The notes below the pieces were generated by a model that worked only from the letters and a program-made list of their open reading frames with translations, did no database searches and was not told the DNA's origin. A stretch of DNA of 19,218 bases from [Phormidium] sp. LEGE 05292 (GTDB lineage Bacteria > Cyanobacteriota > Cyanobacteriia > Cyanobacteriales > Aerosakkonemataceae), in assembly GCF_015207735.1 (NCBI RefSeq), contig NZ_JADEWG010000122.1, positions 1-19,218 on the forward strand, given 5' to 3'. Each line of letters opens with the position of its first letter. Position 1 is the first letter of the stretch. This document shows, in pieces, positions 17,300 through 19,218 of this stretch. The translations under genes and the position numbers were made by a program.

Positions 17300-19117
17300 T
17301 CAGAGATTCTCTGGCAAATCAAACAGATTGCCCTGTCCACAGTTACCATTGATAATCTCTAAGAGTGCAGCACGTTCAGTTTCGTTAAAATGCCATCGCC
17401 ATACCCAAAGCGTCCGCATTTGCCCGTATTTTTTGGCGATCGCTTCCCAATCCGCCTGACACTGGATCGCTGCCAAAAGTTTCGCTATTTGACGTGGTTC
17501 CTTTGTTTGATTGTACCCCCTAGTACCTGGATACTCGGCTGGCAATTGGATCGACGTATCATCTGAAAGTTTCAGAGTGATAGCACGAGGCGTATTGTCC
17601 TCTAACACCAAACTAGATTCCCCAGAGGCAGGTGAAACTGGTGAAACCAGATGAAACTGAGGTAAAACTGAAGCGGTTTCAGGTTCAAACCCTTGATTAG
17701 TAAGAGTTTCAGTCGGTAAACCCGTTGAAACCCAATCTTGAGAACTAGAGACTAAATCTGTTTTTTGAGTTTCTTGGTTTCCTTCACAGCTATGAGAGGC
17801 TGAAACAGTTGGTATTAGGTGATTAGAGCCAGAAACTGAATTTAGTTTCTCATCAGTTTCACTATCAACGACAACTTCAGTGTCAGGAGGCATATCGTCA
17901 CCACCTGGATGATTTGGGCAATCGCCAGGGCCATTGTCAGGTGGATCTGTGTCGTCGGGGTCAATACCAAACAACTCAACTGGGATTAACCACGCCTTTT
18001 TCATCTTCTTTTGCGGGGGGTTAGGTTTAAGCAACCTCCCTTGGGAATCGTATCCTGCCGTTAACAAAGCTCGCTTGTAGGCTAAAACTTCATCTCGTGA
18101 AGCATCAAAACGGACAGAGCGATCGACTATGCCACCTATCTTAAGTAAAGTAGCTTTCAGCGACTTTTGATTGTAAGTAGCAGGTCTAAAAGCTTTTTGT
18201 ACCTCACTCCAAACACTCGCCGGATGAATAGCTACCCACTGTACACCGTCGTCATCAGTCAACAAACGCTTATCCCAACTACCAACTTCGTCTTTGCCTT
18301 CCAACGCCTGAATGCAGCGAATAAAATCAGCTAATGGATTGCCATTATTCTCTTCATCATTCTCGATCGGTGTTAAGTTATCCAAAGCCCAAATACGGGG
18401 TTGTTCGTTTCCCCCTACCAGTTCAATTACCTTTTGGGCATAATAGACAATCAGTGCCAAATTCCAAGCAATACGTTCGTGTGCTAAAGGTAATCGCGCC
18501 AAAAATTCACTGCAAATAGCATTAATTTCCTGGGGATGATAGCCAATTCCAATTAAAGTGGAAAAGGAACCGGAAGCTAATTTCATCGCCTCCTTCAGCT
18601 GAGGAATCGCTACAGTGTCACCACCTGGATAAAAAGGAACTCTGGCAAACCGAGTAAAAGCCGCATCGTGTTCGCCGCCTAGTATATGGTTACTGGTAAA
18701 GCCTAAAGGACTATGCGGCGTTTGACGATTTCCCCTGACTACACGCGGTTTGGCGTTGTACATCGCCTTACAAAATTCGTCCAACTCTCTAGTACTGTCG
18801 CCGTTGCGTGGCGGATCGTCCCAGATTACGGGTAAACTACCTGTTTTACTCAGGTGTTCGTAGACAGCAGAGATGGTAACTTTGCTAATCATTCCCAAAG
18901 ATGCCCAGTTTGTCCCAACTAGAGAAAGTGCGGCTTCTAAGGCAACGGTTTTTCCCGTACCAATAGCACCATAGGCATTAAGAATCGGGAACCGTCCTTC
19001 TTTATCTAAGATTGTTTGAAAATGAAGCCCAGCAATTACCCAACCACAACAAAGTAAAAATTGATTGATATTATCTGCACCAAAAACAATTGGTTCTTCC
19101 GTACTTACTGTGCTAAA
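17300..19117 (-). CDS. SF3 helicase-like P-loop NTPase protein (phage/plasmid primase-helicase C-terminal module) with an acidic/proline-rich disordered linker and a small C-terminal domain. The 5' end is unresolved: the frame stays open upstream of the 18898 TTG (or the ATG at 18892) through a Walker A motif to a stop at 19118-19120 with no ATG/GTG/TTG. It is probably 5'-truncated.
   Basis: Translating the minus strand upstream of 18898 gives ...GRFPILNAYGAIGTGKTVALEAALSLVGTNWASLGMISKV... Walker A GAIGTGKT. Walker B-like LPVIWDD. Motif C-like LGFTSNH. This pattern resembles P4-alpha/D5-type SF3 helicases. Confidence 0.45.
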   Translation of the reverse strand, partial: FSTVSTEEPIVFGADNINQFLLCCGWVIAGLHFQTILDKEGRFPILNAYGAIGTGKTVALEAALSLVGTNWASLGMISKVTISAVYEHLSKTGSLPVIWDDPPRNGDSTRELDEFCKAMYNAKPRVVRGNRQTPHSPLGFTSNHILGGEHDAAFTRFARVPFYPGGDTVAIPQLKEAMKLASGSFSTLIGIGYHPQEINAICSEFLARLPLAHERIAWNLALIVYYAQKVIELVGGNEQPRIWALDNLTPIENDEENNGNPLADFIRCIQALEGKDEVGSWDKRLLTDDDGVQWVAIHPASVWSEVQKAFRPATYNQKSLKATLLKIGGIVDRSVRFDASRDEVLAYKRALLTAGYDSQGRLLKPNPPQKKMKKAWLIPVELFGIDPDDTDPPDNGPGDCPNHPGGDDMPPDTEVVVDSETDEKLNSVSGSNHLIPTVSASHSCEGNQETQKTDLVSSSQDWVSTGLPTETLTNQGFEPETASVLPQFHLVSPVSPASGESSLVLEDNTPRAITLKLSDDTSIQLPAEYPGTRGYNQTKEPRQIAKLLAAIQCQADWEAIAKKYGQMRTLWVWRWHFNETERAALLEIINGNCGQGNLFDLPENL

Positions 19118-19145
19118 TTATTAGGGAAGTGTTAAGCATCAAAGA

Positions 19146-19218
19146 GATGAAGAATAGATTACTGACTAAGTTGCTAAACCTACCAGGAGTTATAGTAGAA
19201 GAAAGTCAAGAAACAGAA
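19146..19218 (+). mobile_element. Start of an IS transposase ORF, ISL3-family-like, running off the window end. It may be the left end of the IS that truncated the helicase-like gene.
   Basis: ATG at 19146 gives MKNRLLTKLLNLPGVIVEESQETE..., which resembles the N-terminus of ISL3-type transposases (L.LPGV.V...QETE pattern). It starts 26 nt beyond the end of the open minus-strand frame. Confidence 0.25.

Noticed and set aside
1-19218. CRISPR arrays, tRNA or rRNA genes
   Set aside because: No regularly spaced direct repeats of 25-40 bp were seen, no cloverleaf-like tRNA candidates, and no rRNA-like conserved stretches.

Overview
The window looks like a filamentous cyanobacterium (Nostoc/Anabaena-like): about 40% GC, A/T-rich codon third positions, and copies of the HIP1 octamer GCGATCGC. 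It holds 13 substantial genes, 11 of them on the minus strand. Left to right: a GTG-start hypothetical protein coupled to a hybrid sensor histidine kinase with receiver domain (plus strand); a hypothetical protein with an N/T/K-rich linker; a 4-nt-overlapping DNA-repair-themed pair on the minus strand (RarA/MgsA AAA+ ATPase with a C-terminal SAM-methyltransferase-like extension, then a MOSC domain fused to an alkyltransferase-like MGMT DNA-binding domain); a ParB-like CTPase-type protein; a 120-aa internally deleted IscB (OMEGA/IS200-IS605 nuclease) remnant with a 207-nt structured upstream leader; a ParA-like ATPase whose deviant Walker A has Asn in place of the signature Lys; a PEP-dependent dihydroxyacetone kinase operon dhaK-dhaL-dhaM, with DhaM as an EIIA-HPr-EI triple fusion; and, 43 nt upstream of dhaK on the same strand, a near full-length major vault protein (MVP) homolog. 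Further right is a 537-bp non-coding spacer, then an SF3 helicase-like P-loop protein whose frame stays open upstream through a Walker A motif to position 19117 with no canonical start codon, probably cut by an ISL3-like transposase gene that begins at 19146 and runs off the window. The main find is the MVP homolog, well ameliorated (it carries HIP1 sites) and tightly linked to dhaKLM. Second is the IscB remnant sitting between the parA-like and parB-like genes. HIP1 octamers seem confined to about 9.2-17.5 kb, which suggests a mosaic origin. All calls come from reading motifs by eye and need homology searches to confirm.
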